A stretch of DNA of 63,983 nucleotides, the filler included, from Trichomonas gallinae (lineage: Eukaryota): NCBI GenBank assembly GCA_008369845.1. It is 7 parts of 7 records of this genome, joined end to end, with 100 filler letters (N's around TTAATTAATTAA, not from the genome) between each part and the next. Parts side by side here need not be neighbours in the genome. Positions count along the whole stretch, not along the records: positions 35,801 to 50,986 come from MRSU01001091.1; 6 more parts are not named here. One strand, 5' to 3'. Position numbers and translations under genes: made by a program. The notes beneath the pieces were generated by a model. That model was not told the DNA's origin, did no database searches, and saw nothing but the letters and a program-made list of their open reading frames with translations. Of the stretch, positions 40,850-51,086 are shown piece after piece; the first letter of the stretch is position 1; each line of letters starts with the position of its first letter.

Positions 40850-43171
40850 TCAAATATATTGTTTTATATCTATATTTTGTAAAGATTCTGGCGCAAATAC
40901 TCTTAAATTTTGACCATATATTATTGATCTCGGCTTAATATTTGTCATTAATCGATTTGTTGGTTTGAAATTATTTGTAGACCTGACATAATCTGAAACT
41001 GCAACAATAACATCTGCCAAAACCTTTGATCCGAGTATTTCAGCAGCTGATCTCGCAATATTAGCATCATGCAATAAATTTCTAGATTCTTTTCGCAGTT
41101 GGATTGTTTCTTGGAGACACTCACGTGAGAATTCTTCCAATTCTCTGATACTGTCATTGTGATACCGGTGAATTAGGTCTATTTGTTTGTCAAAATTCAA
41201 TATCATTGATATTAACTCGTTAATGATATCATCAATGAAATTCGATAAAGATCTGATCTCAATTTTGAATCGTTTCTCGTAATATATGAAATCAGATGAG
41301 GTCTCAACAATCTTGCCAATTGTATCAGTGTCTTTTATGTTGAAAATTAGTTTCTGCAGATTTTGCGAAATTTGATCAGATTCATTTTCAAATTTCTGCA
41401 TTTTTTCTGAATACATAGACTTTAATGACTCAATATTATTCTTTTGTTCATTATTGAGTTGATTTAATTGCTTTATTTCTTCTTCGAGTTTCAATTTTTG
41501 TTGCTCATTTCGTGAAAGCTTTTCTTCAAGATCATTCTGCATAGCGTCTTTATCATGCTTAAGATCAGTTAAGGAGTCATTGTACTTCCTTGATAACTCA
41601 TTAAGTTTGGTTTTGTATTCATTTTCATTGATTTGGATAATATGATTCATTTCATCAATTTGATTTCGATGATTCGATTTGATATTGTTTAACTGGTGCT
41701 CATAACTTGATGATATCATTTTCATTTCTTTAGTATGTTCATTTTTTGCTATGTTGATTTTTTCATTGCATTCATCTTTGCATTGTTGAATGTCTAATGC
41801 GCATTGAATTTCAATATCTTTGATTTTGAGTTCATTGGAATGAATCAAACTTTCAATTTCTTCTTTAGTCTGATTTTTGACTTGTTCTAATTCTTCTTGA
41901 TTTTTCTTTGTCATTTCATTGTATCTTTCATCTTTATCTAAAATAACTGAATTAAGTTTGTCAATATTGTTTTTGCATTCTTTCAAAGACTTTTCATTTT
42001 GATCAATGACTTGTTTAAGATTATTTATTTCGCTTGTGTTTTCAGTGAGATTTTTATCTTTTTGTTGAATGATTGCATAAAGTTCTTGTATTTCTTTTTG
42101 ATTTGCCTTCAATGATTCTTCTTTTTGAGTAATATTCAAATGAAGCTGATCAATATTCTTCTTGTTTTCACTCAAAAATCTTTCATTTTGTGCAATAATA
42201 GAGTTGAGTTTTTCAATTTGTCTTCTGCTTTGTTCAAATAAGTAATCCTTTTCTTTTAAGTCAGACTTGAGTTTGGAAATTTCATTGTTGTTTTGATTAA
42301 TGAATGAATTAAGCTCATTAATGTGATTATCTTTATCTTTCAAATGATTGCTTGCTTGTGAGAGTTCTTGACAAGAAATGATTAGCTTTTGATTAAGTTT
42401 ATCTCTTGTTTCGATAATTTGCTTATTTTCGATTGCTTTTTGTTGCAATGATATTTTTAATTGATTATTTTGATTAGAGAGATCAGATAGCATTGTAACT
42501 ACACCCTCCATCTCAGATAATTGGTTTTGCATCATTTTGTTCTTATCATCCCGGAGTTTAAGTTCATTTTTCAAACTATTCATTACATCATTTTGATGTG
42601 TTATTGTTTCTTGATGCCTATCATTCATTTCTTTGATATGTGTGTTATACAAAGAAGCTTGATCTGACAACTTACACTGAATATCAAACAGTTGACTTTT
42701 AAGTTGTTCAGATTCTTGTTTGCTCTTGGAAACAAGAACTTGAAGATCCAAATATTCATTTTTAAGTTTCTCGTTTTCTTGGATGAGTCCATTCAGTCTT
42801 GATAATGAATTATGTTGATGCCTAGATATTGATACAATCTTTTCAAGTAAAGTTATCATTTGGTTGTTGAGTTTTTCGATTTTTTGTGAAAATGTTGAGC
42901 CAAATTCTTCGCACTTGTTTTTGATCATCAACGACATCTCCAAAGTGTGTTCTGTCGTTATATCGGAGAGATCTTTGTATTTTTTCTTTATTCTTTCTAT
43001 TTCAATGCTGTTTATTTGCTGTGTTAAAGCTCGAACACGATCTGTCGCAGGAGATTTAGTCTTAATGTTTGAAATGGGTGATCTTCCTGGCGAAAACATA
43101 GGTGAATGACCAGATGAATATGGTGATATGACCCTAGGACTCGCTCCTGGTATTATTTCTTTCTTCAACAT
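40850..43171 (-). CDS. Long coiled-coil protein with SP-rich N-terminus
   Basis: Heptad-rich K/E/Q/N sequence with about 21-aa repeats, N-terminal SP motifs. Confidence 0.8.
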   Translation of the reverse strand: MLKKEIIPGASPRVISPYSSGHSPMFSPGRSPISNIKTKSPATDRVRALTQQINSIEIERIKKKYKDLSDITTEHTLEMSLMIKNKCEEFGSTFSQKIEKLNNQMITLLEKIVSISRHQHNSLSRLNGLIQENEKLKNEYLDLQVLVSKSKQESEQLKSQLFDIQCKLSDQASLYNTHIKEMNDRHQETITHQNDVMNSLKNELKLRDDKNKMMQNQLSEMEGVVTMLSDLSNQNNQLKISLQQKAIENKQIIETRDKLNQKLIISCQELSQASNHLKDKDNHINELNSFINQNNNEISKLKSDLKEKDYLFEQSRRQIEKLNSIIAQNERFLSENKKNIDQLHLNITQKEESLKANQKEIQELYAIIQQKDKNLTENTSEINNLKQVIDQNEKSLKECKNNIDKLNSVILDKDERYNEMTKKNQEELEQVKNQTKEEIESLIHSNELKIKDIEIQCALDIQQCKDECNEKINIAKNEHTKEMKMISSSYEHQLNNIKSNHRNQIDEMNHIIQINENEYKTKLNELSRKYNDSLTDLKHDKDAMQNDLEEKLSRNEQQKLKLEEEIKQLNQLNNEQKNNIESLKSMYSEKMQKFENESDQISQNLQKLIFNIKDTDTIGKIVETSSDFIYYEKRFKIEIRSLSNFIDDIINELISMILNFDKQIDLIHRYHNDSIRELEEFSRECLQETIQLRKESRNLLHDANIARSAAEILGSKVLADVIVAVSDYVRSTNNFKPTNRLMTNIKPRSIIYGQNLRVFAPESLQNIDIKQYI

Positions 43172-43639
43172 CGGAATTTAATAAGCACATCAAGAAAAGT
43201 GACAAAATCACATCAAAATAACATAGCCGAGAAAAATCAAAATATATCAGTAAATTGTGTCAATTCACCATTTAATTAACTTAATCCAGTGAATATCGTT
43301 CAACAAAACTAATTATGAAAAATCATTTAGCAATGAGAGCACAGTGTATAAACATCTCCACATATATTCTCTCATGCATTATCATACGATTTCATTCAAC
43401 AAAGGTAGATTGGTCAAGAATCTTTACTATCAAACTATTTGAATATTTAATATTTAATATTGTTTTTAAGGTGTTGTTTACAAATCTCTAGGTATATTTA
43501 TGATTAAGTGTCTTGTAGATGAAGACTATTTTCGATTATCAAAATAGGATAAAATTGCAAACTTCGTGATGATTTGGTTATTTCTGAGATCAAAAAGTGT
43601 AAAATCTTAGACATTGATTTTTGTCACTTTTCAAAATTC

Positions 43640-45583
43640 ATGATTGTTTTTCTTTTCTGTTTCATTTCGTCAATTGTTAGTCCTGGAAATGTTCCTGAGG
43701 AATATTTCCCAGTAATAATGAGGCAGCTCTTTGCTCAATATAATGGAACCTTCGCAAGTGGAGCTTCTGTTACGATTTCGAAGGATGGAGAAAAAATTTA
43801 CGAGGAAAGCATTGGTTACGACAACTACGATACTAAAAATCCAGCATCAAGTGATACTATGTATGAATGGGGATCCGTTACCAAAGTTTTCACACATGTT
43901 GGAGTGATGCAATTAAAAGAAGCAGGTAAAGTCAATTTTGAAGATGATATAGAAGTTTATCTCGGTGAAGGCTTCTTCAAACACCGCACATACAAAGAAA
44001 AAATCACGATATTAAATCTTATGAATCATGATGCAGGATGGGATGAAACAATCGAGAGTCCCCTCATTCCAGGAAACAAGATGAACATAGAACTACAAGA
44101 AATTCTCAAAGCAATGGAACCGAGAATGTATTCACCACCTGGTGACAAAATTGGTTACTCAAACTATGGTGTTGCATTGGAGGGCCTGATTATTGAGAAA
44201 GTTACAGGCCAAAATTACATAACTTATATACGCGAAAATATTATCGATAGACTTGGCATGAACAGAACTTCAATTGATCCAGGAAGAAATGATATCGAAG
44301 GAGATTTACTCGAAAAGAAAGCCAAAGGCTATGAAGTCGTCGAAAACAAATTATTCGAAATGGATAATTATACTGTCCAATTATTCCCAGCAGGTTCATT
44401 ACTAGGACCAATTGGTGATCTAGCATTGTTCGCAAATGCTCTCACACCAATTCCAGGCAAGAAATGTCCGCTTTTCCAAAAGAATGAAACACTTTCAGAA
44501 TTTTTGAGCTTAACTCGTAAAGTTGCTGATGGTGCTCCAGGTATTGCACACGGATTGTGGGAGCAGTTTTACACAAACAAAACTAGAGCAGTCGAACATT
44601 CTGGAAACACAGCAGGCCACACGGCAATAATGTCTATCATCCCTGAATTGGGCTGGAATTTTGTTGGTTTGGCAAATACATATGGTGACTTTTTGTTCTG
44701 CCAAGTTTTCCACCGCTATATATGGGGGATTTATACGCCAGAAAATAGCATTAAAATTCCAAAAGATGTTGTCGGAACATATCAGAACAACAGAATTGTT
44801 CACAATGGCTATCTTAGTCATGTCCATCTTTTACAGACTTCCGAAGTAACCTTGAATGAAACAACGAATCAGTTCCTTTTCGATGGCATCGCCTTCAACA
44901 GATCTGAACTGAATTTGTATACGCGTGCAGGAATGACGAAGAATGCTCCAATGGGAACATATCACTTTTCGTTTATTTTCAATGATAAGAATGAAGTAAC
45001 TGGATTATATACTTTGGGTCTTGCTTACAGGAAACTCAAACCAAATGAAAACAAAATGCTGAAGCTCTACATACTTATTATCGACATTTGTTTCTATGCT
45101 GCTATTGGCCCACTTGTAATGGCGTTAATTGCAGCCTTCATACACAATAAGGGCGTTTTCTTGTCGAGGCACTTGAAGTATATCATTATCACATTGGTCT
45201 TATGTGGTGAATGTGTCGCTGAGCCTTTGCTTTTGAAATCATCCAAATCTATTAGGACTTACATCAAGCTTCAGCACAATTTGAGGTTCATTGTTATGTC
45301 TCTTTATATCATTATTTCTGTCCGTGCCCTTTGCTCACTGTTGACAATTATATTCCTCGTATATGATTTTATCATACACACGAAGCACACAAAACTGGAA
45401 AGCATGACAGTTTTCGAGTCACTCAACAATTACGTAGATGAAGCAGACTTTGGAAGAGCTCCAAAGAAAACAATTCCTAAGAAATTCACTGCATTTTTAG
45501 TCTACACTGCATTGTTCCTTGCAAATTGTTTGAGTGGAACTCTTATCTACTGTGGATATATGATTGATATCTACAGATTATAA
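43640..45583 (+). CDS. Beta-lactamase-related serine hydrolase (class C/peptidase S12) with signal peptide and C-terminal TM helices
   Basis: SxxK (GSVTK), LMNHDAG, YxN (GYSNYG), LGMNRT, HSGNT triad, hydrophobic N-terminus and about 4 C-terminal TM segments. Confidence 0.9.
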   Translation: MIVFLFCFISSIVSPGNVPEEYFPVIMRQLFAQYNGTFASGASVTISKDGEKIYEESIGYDNYDTKNPASSDTMYEWGSVTKVFTHVGVMQLKEAGKVNFEDDIEVYLGEGFFKHRTYKEKITILNLMNHDAGWDETIESPLIPGNKMNIELQEILKAMEPRMYSPPGDKIGYSNYGVALEGLIIEKVTGQNYITYIRENIIDRLGMNRTSIDPGRNDIEGDLLEKKAKGYEVVENKLFEMDNYTVQLFPAGSLLGPIGDLALFANALTPIPGKKCPLFQKNETLSEFLSLTRKVADGAPGIAHGLWEQFYTNKTRAVEHSGNTAGHTAIMSIIPELGWNFVGLANTYGDFLFCQVFHRYIWGIYTPENSIKIPKDVVGTYQNNRIVHNGYLSHVHLLQTSEVTLNETTNQFLFDGIAFNRSELNLYTRAGMTKNAPMGTYHFSFIFNDKNEVTGLYTLGLAYRKLKPNENKMLKLYILIIDICFYAAIGPLVMALIAAFIHNKGVFLSRHLKYIIITLVLCGECVAEPLLLKSSKSIRTYIKLQHNLRFIVMSLYIIISVRALCSLLTIIFLVYDFIIHTKHTKLESMTVFESLNNYVDEADFGRAPKKTIPKKFTAFLVYTALFLANCLSGTLIYCGYMIDIYRL

Positions 45584-45759
45584 ATATATATAAATATATC
45601 TTTGAAAAATATCAAATAACCCTTTGCAATATATTTTCAGAAGAATAGTGTATGTAGTAGTAAATATTTACAGCTACAAATGAGATTAAATGCAAAATAG
45701 AAAAATTTCCAATTTTAATATATCAAAAACAGTTTAATATTATCATATGATTGTGTCCA

Positions 45760-47697
45760 TTATTCAAGTTGATCCCTAAACTTGTTCGTAAAACGAATTG
45801 AAGCCCAATATGGACTGAAATCTGACTTTTTCAGCAAATCAATGGCAAGCTCTTTAGATATAATGCGATCTCTAAGTGATTCTATGAGTTCTTCAAGCTC
45901 ATGGCCAGTGATTTCTTCTTTTTCTTTTTGACTTTCATCAATAGTTTTACCTTTCGATTTAGTAGGAGTTGAAACCTTAGATCTTGTTGGAATCTTAGTC
46001 CCTGGCTCTTCTTTCTTTGGTGTTTGTGTTTTTGTCTCTTTAGGTGTTGATTTAATATCAATATCTTCTGTTTCTTCAGTAATTTTAGTTTTTGTAGTAG
46101 TTTTAGACTTTATATTGGTTTCTTTTGTCTTTGGAGTCGATTTGGTTGTTTTTTCTTGTGTTACTTTGGATTTTGAAGATGATTTCGATTTATCTGCTAT
46201 TTCTGGTTCTTGTGTTGCTGATTCTGTCGCTTCTTTCTTCTTTGTAGCAGCTTGATCGGTTTTTGTCTGTGTTTTCGCTTTATCCGACGTTTTTGCATTT
46301 GATTTAGTAGGATTGCTTATTTTTTCAGTTGTTTCTTTTGATTTTGTTTGTGTCTTTTTGGTTGTATCTGTTTTCTTTGGCTTAGGAGCCTTTTCTGGAT
46401 GTTCAATTATTTCTTTTAGTTGATTAGCGAGTTTTGGATTATGTCTGAATCTAGTTAATATCCAGTACTCGCCAACTGTGATTTCCTCCCATTTTTGGAT
46501 TACATTCTTTAGATAACTTTTCCTCTTATTTTGAGCTTGCTGGTGGAGCTGTTTTCCGAATTGATCGGGTGGATTATTATGAAAATCATACATTTTGAGG
46601 GTTTTGAGATTTGCTGGTGTCGATGCTTTGCTAGATAAATCTTCTGGAAGCTGGTCTGGATATTTTCTCATTACATCCAAGATTTTGACCTCTGATACCG
46701 TTAATATTCTATAACTGTTGAAGAATTTGATAAATCTTGTTGAAAATTCTTTGAGTGGATAAGCAGTTGTTTTTTGGATGAAATCATCAAGTGAAAATTT
46801 ATTCATATCTATCACTATATATGCAACGTCTTTGAATGCATCATTAATCTTCTCGGGCTCATCTTCGGATTTCGAATCTGATGAATCCGAACTTGAATCT
46901 GAACTTGAGTCTGATTCAGTACTTGAATTATCTGAGTCTGAATATGTGTTTTCTGATTCACTTGAGCTGCTTGAATATGTTGAGCTTATATCTGTTGCAG
47001 TTGTTTCATCACTTGTTGTTGCCGCAGATAGCTTGATCCTATCTTGTTTAGATTTATTTGTTGTACTTTGTCTATCTATGCTTGTAGTTGTTTTCTTGGT
47101 ATTTTTTTCTTGTTTTGGCTTTTTAGCGTCCAATTTTGCAGCAGATGTCTTTTTAATTGTATTTGCATCAATAATTTTCTCGTCTTCTGAAGTTGCTGCT
47201 CCTAAATAAATTGTTTCATTTGTAGAATGAACTGTTACAGGTTTAGTTTGAAGAATGTTAGTAGATTGTTCTATATCGTCGTTTGTTGACTGTAAAGCTT
47301 GTTCAACTTGGCTTTTTGGAAATCCAAGATTTGTAAAATGACGAATTGCTGCCTCATGTTTTTCTCTGTCAATCACTGGCATAAACAATGATGATATATT
47401 AGTGTTTTTAGAATTGGATTTAAGTATTTTACAATTGAAAATTTGATTTCTGTAATTTTTGTCGATAATTCCTTCTTCTTTAATTTCCTTATCTTCTTTG
47501 AAGAGTTTTATAAGCGAAACATCAGTATTTGCTTGATTAGAAATTTGATGTTTGATATCATTGAATGTTTCGTTATTGTTAATCTTGAATCTGATGTTTT
47601 CTAAGTCAGCATCGATAAAATGGACTTCAATATAAGGTGATCTTCGATGTCTTTTTGGACTTTTTAATGAAGTTGCATCAGCTTGCTCGCCATCCAT
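45760..47697 (-). CDS. UBL/UBA-containing protein with Ser-acidic and Lys/Thr-rich regions
   Basis: Ubiquitin-like segment (IEVHF...ETFNDIKHQI...IKLF), UBA (IRHFTNLGFPKSQVEQALQSTNDDIEQSTNIL), possible second UBA-like C-terminus. Alternative ATG at 47715. Confidence 0.65.
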   Translation of the reverse strand: MDGEQADATSLKSPKRHRRSPYIEVHFIDADLENIRFKINNNETFNDIKHQISNQANTDVSLIKLFKEDKEIKEEGIIDKNYRNQIFNCKILKSNSKNTNISSLFMPVIDREKHEAAIRHFTNLGFPKSQVEQALQSTNDDIEQSTNILQTKPVTVHSTNETIYLGAATSEDEKIIDANTIKKTSAAKLDAKKPKQEKNTKKTTTSIDRQSTTNKSKQDRIKLSAATTSDETTATDISSTYSSSSSESENTYSDSDNSSTESDSSSDSSSDSSDSKSEDEPEKINDAFKDVAYIVIDMNKFSLDDFIQKTTAYPLKEFSTRFIKFFNSYRILTVSEVKILDVMRKYPDQLPEDLSSKASTPANLKTLKMYDFHNNPPDQFGKQLHQQAQNKRKSYLKNVIQKWEEITVGEYWILTRFRHNPKLANQLKEIIEHPEKAPKPKKTDTTKKTQTKSKETTEKISNPTKSNAKTSDKAKTQTKTDQAATKKKEATESATQEPEIADKSKSSSKSKVTQEKTTKSTPKTKETNIKSKTTTKTKITEETEDIDIKSTPKETKTQTPKKEEPGTKIPTRSKVSTPTKSKGKTIDESQKEKEEITGHELEELIESLRDRIISKELAIDLLKKSDFSPYWASIRFTNKFRDQLE

Positions 47698-49011
47698 TTT
47701 AATAATGGTGAACATATATATGAACTATAACCTGAAAAAGAAAATATTAACCATATACTCTAATAATTATTCCTATTTCGCTGGTTATAGAAAAATATAA
47801 AAATTTTATATTCCTATTTTTGAACATTCTATAAATGATTTATCAATTCTGAGATTATATGGTACTATTCTTTATCCATAATGAGATGATTCAAGAAATC
47901 AATATTTTTCAGCATATACTTTTACTTGCAAAAAGAAATTGGCATCTTTATGGTCTATAGAATTTATATGATGGCATATGCATGCATATGATAAGATGAA
48001 ATATTTTGATAAAAAATAAATGATGTCAATGAGCCGTCAAGGAATTAAATAATAATATATCTTCCTGTCTATATTAGGATTTCAAGTAGAACTAAATACA
48101 ACTAAATATTTCGTAATAATGCTCAAAATGTTCATTCCAGCATCCCGTACACCTACACTGCTTATCAATGAAATTAAACTCATAAAACTGTAAGGAAATT
48201 ATTTGTACATTATAATATGTCATCGAATGGCTTAACCGACACTTAGAATAGATTTAGTGTCTATATCTATGTTAATTTTAATGTTTAAAACTTGATTTAA
48301 TACGATATTTTTTCCAAAAATTCACGAAACATAATTTGCCAAAAATGCTCAACAAAGCGCAATGATATAAGATGGACCAGACAGTGAACGGACTAAAATT
48401 GAATCCCTCAAAGAAAATATTGAAAAGTCTCAAAAATATAAACAACCGTTGATGTAAATTATTCAAAACTCGATATAAATTTTTTATATATTGTGTTGAC
48501 CACTTCCATTTTGATGACCAACAAAAATATAAATGCATATCATTATGTGCTTGGAAAGATTCTTTTGCAATATATTGATTTTTTGATTATAACTGACTTA
48601 GAATCGATGAGGAAAATCAAAATTTTCGATTTATGCTTGAACTAGAGGAAAGAATGATCATGGTCGTAGTTTTGGCAATATTTAGTGTCTTTTGGTGTGT
48701 CATAACATTAAAACGAACTTTTATCAGCAGTTGAGGAATTTATGTGAGTAAAATATCTGCCATATGAGTGATATAATGTATTAGTTGTATCAAAACATGA
48801 GTAATATAAGGTTTTTCACAAAAGATGATAGTTTTTGTGGAAAAAAAGAACCACAAGGCATGAAATGTGAAAATATGTGGTGCTTATGTTGTGATAAAGA
48901 GTAATGAGTTAATACAAAACCGAATTATGAATTTAATTACAATCGCATATATATTTCCAATAAAGATTAAGCCGGAATCGTACAACGAACAAACGATGTA
49001 TGAAGGCAACC

Positions 49012-49779
49012 TTATTGGGATAATGGGTAAGAAAAGCGGGTATCTGTGAAGGATGGTGATGTTGGAGCCGAAGCTGCAACACTCTGGCCGAAGAGAGTCG
49101 ACCAGTGATCTGTAGATTGTGAACTGCATCTTACTAATGATAACTTTGGCCTGATTGGGCGCTTTTGCTGTAACATCTCCCTTGCAAATAGAGAGTGAGA
49201 GCGACGAAGTTCACCGCTGTTGACGAACTTTTCTTCGCGCATTGGAACGTAGCCGCCAATGCAAAGATGAGGCATTTCTTCGAAGAACCGACGATATCCA
49301 CCTTCGAGTAAGTAAACGTGTGGATAGCTTAATTTGGGATATTGGTTGCGGTGCCTATCATATTCCCTGAAAAGATGAAGTAATGTTGGCCCTCTGTTTT
49401 GCGAGAATTCGCAGTGGACCACAATACAAACGTTTTGACCAATATATCTATCAAAAACAGCAATCATTTGAGATTTAGAACGAATATTCCTGGCACCAAT
49501 AATTCGGCCGCCATGGAACTCGTATTCAAACCTCGCATCTAAAATGATAATTTTTTCAAATCCAAAGGACATTGGGTTGTTTATGCGTTCAGCCAATTGC
49601 CTTGGTGTTAAAACAAGAAAAGGTTTCGTAGATTCTTGTTCTTCGGGAAAATTAGGTGAAAAATTTTCACTATCACTGCATGACTCGCTGGAGAAAAGAG
49701 AGATGCTTTCGGTGATATCTCCAAAGTCAGGGAGTGGTATTTCAGACCCGCGATAAGAAGAAGGCATCATGGTTAACAT
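49012..49779 (-). CDS. CDC25: Cdc25-type rhodanese-fold phosphatase
   Basis: ILDARFEYEFHGGRI.GA, active site HCEFSQNRGP, LSYPHVYLLEGGY, YVPM. Confidence 0.92.
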   Translation of the reverse strand: MLTMMPSSYRGSEIPLPDFGDITESISLFSSESCSDSENFSPNFPEEQESTKPFLVLTPRQLAERINNPMSFGFEKIIILDARFEYEFHGGRIIGARNIRSKSQMIAVFDRYIGQNVCIVVHCEFSQNRGPTLLHLFREYDRHRNQYPKLSYPHVYLLEGGYRRFFEEMPHLCIGGYVPMREEKFVNSGELRRSHSLFAREMLQQKRPIRPKLSLVRCSSQSTDHWSTLFGQSVAASAPTSPSFTDTRFSYPLSQ

Positions 49780-50986
49780 GACTAAAGAACCTGAAATACT
49801 TATACAAAAAAAAAGTTCCGAATTGATAAGGCTCTGTGAATTTTTTGCAAAAAACCGATGTTCAGTTTGTTATTAAACTTATTTCTTTCAAAATATAACG
49901 TTTATAGCTATATATAAGCGTATTGACTGGAATTTTCAAATTTTCAATTCAAAATTTGGTGAAAAGACCTCTGTTAAGAAAATACTTTATATGCATCAAT
50001 GTTAAAAATTGAAATAAAATATTTAAAAAATAAAATCAAATATAATGCTTGCAATCATCTCTAATGAATAAATAATTTTAGTTTTCAATTTTATCTGACT
50101 TAAATTTATATCCAACTTAGCATGTATTAAGAATGAATATTGTTGGCGATTATAGAATTGAATAATTGAATTAATTATGTATCTCTGAAATTTTGATATA
50201 AACCGTAGCCTTATAAAAACAAATATAAAAATATTTTGCAATATCTTGTAGTATGGATATTTATTTTCGATTGTTAACAACAACAAAAAATTGTTTTTTA
50301 ATTCATTGTCCATATTATATAATATTTAGTTCGGATTCAAAACTTTTGTGAGATTCAAAACTGACATCATCCAAAAAGTTTTCACAAATACCTTCACAAA
50401 AACTTTTATCAAATCTTCGTAGTTTAGATATTACTAGTATATTCCCCTGATCATAATTCATTTGTAGATTTTTTTCCGTTTGTTTTTTCGATTCTTTATT
50501 AGTATTGTTATAATATGTATACTTTTATATCATATTTCCTGTCAAATTTAATAAGATTTCCCAATTCACATTTATCATTGATGCACTCGCAACACATTCA
50601 TATATGGGCTCTATATGTTTCAAAAATCACATAATTTTTAAGTGGTTCATTATTATAAAAGATCTTGTTGATTTCTCTTATAAATTATCCACATTGGAAA
50701 ATTTGCATTATTACATTCAACACCATGATATACTAACGTCATTTTAGCAATTATTATTTTATTGCTATGTGATTATTGTCAATAATTTATCTAATGCAAG
50801 ATTATCGGACATAATATTGGTATTATATGCTTCATCATCAATACTTCCATATACGTAGCAGCTGCTCGTCGCATAAACTATTGTCTATTTCTTGGCGAAA
50901 ATTTTATATTCAAATAGAGTAAAAGTGACAACTCTTCGGTATTTTCGATTCATTTTTTTTTTTTTTTTTTTTTTTTTAATTTTCAT

Positions 50987-51086
50987 NNNNNNNNNNNNNN
51001 NNNNNNNNNNNNNNNNNNNNNNNNNNNNNNTTAATTAATTAANNNNNNNNNNNNNNNNNNNNNNNNNNNNNNNNNNNNNNNNNNNN
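50987..51086. other. Artificial contig linker
   Basis: N44-TTAATTAATTAA-N44. Confidence 0.98.

Noticed and set aside
47975..47990. Perfect palindrome CATATGCATGCATATG
   Set aside because: Single low-complexity occurrence with no supporting context
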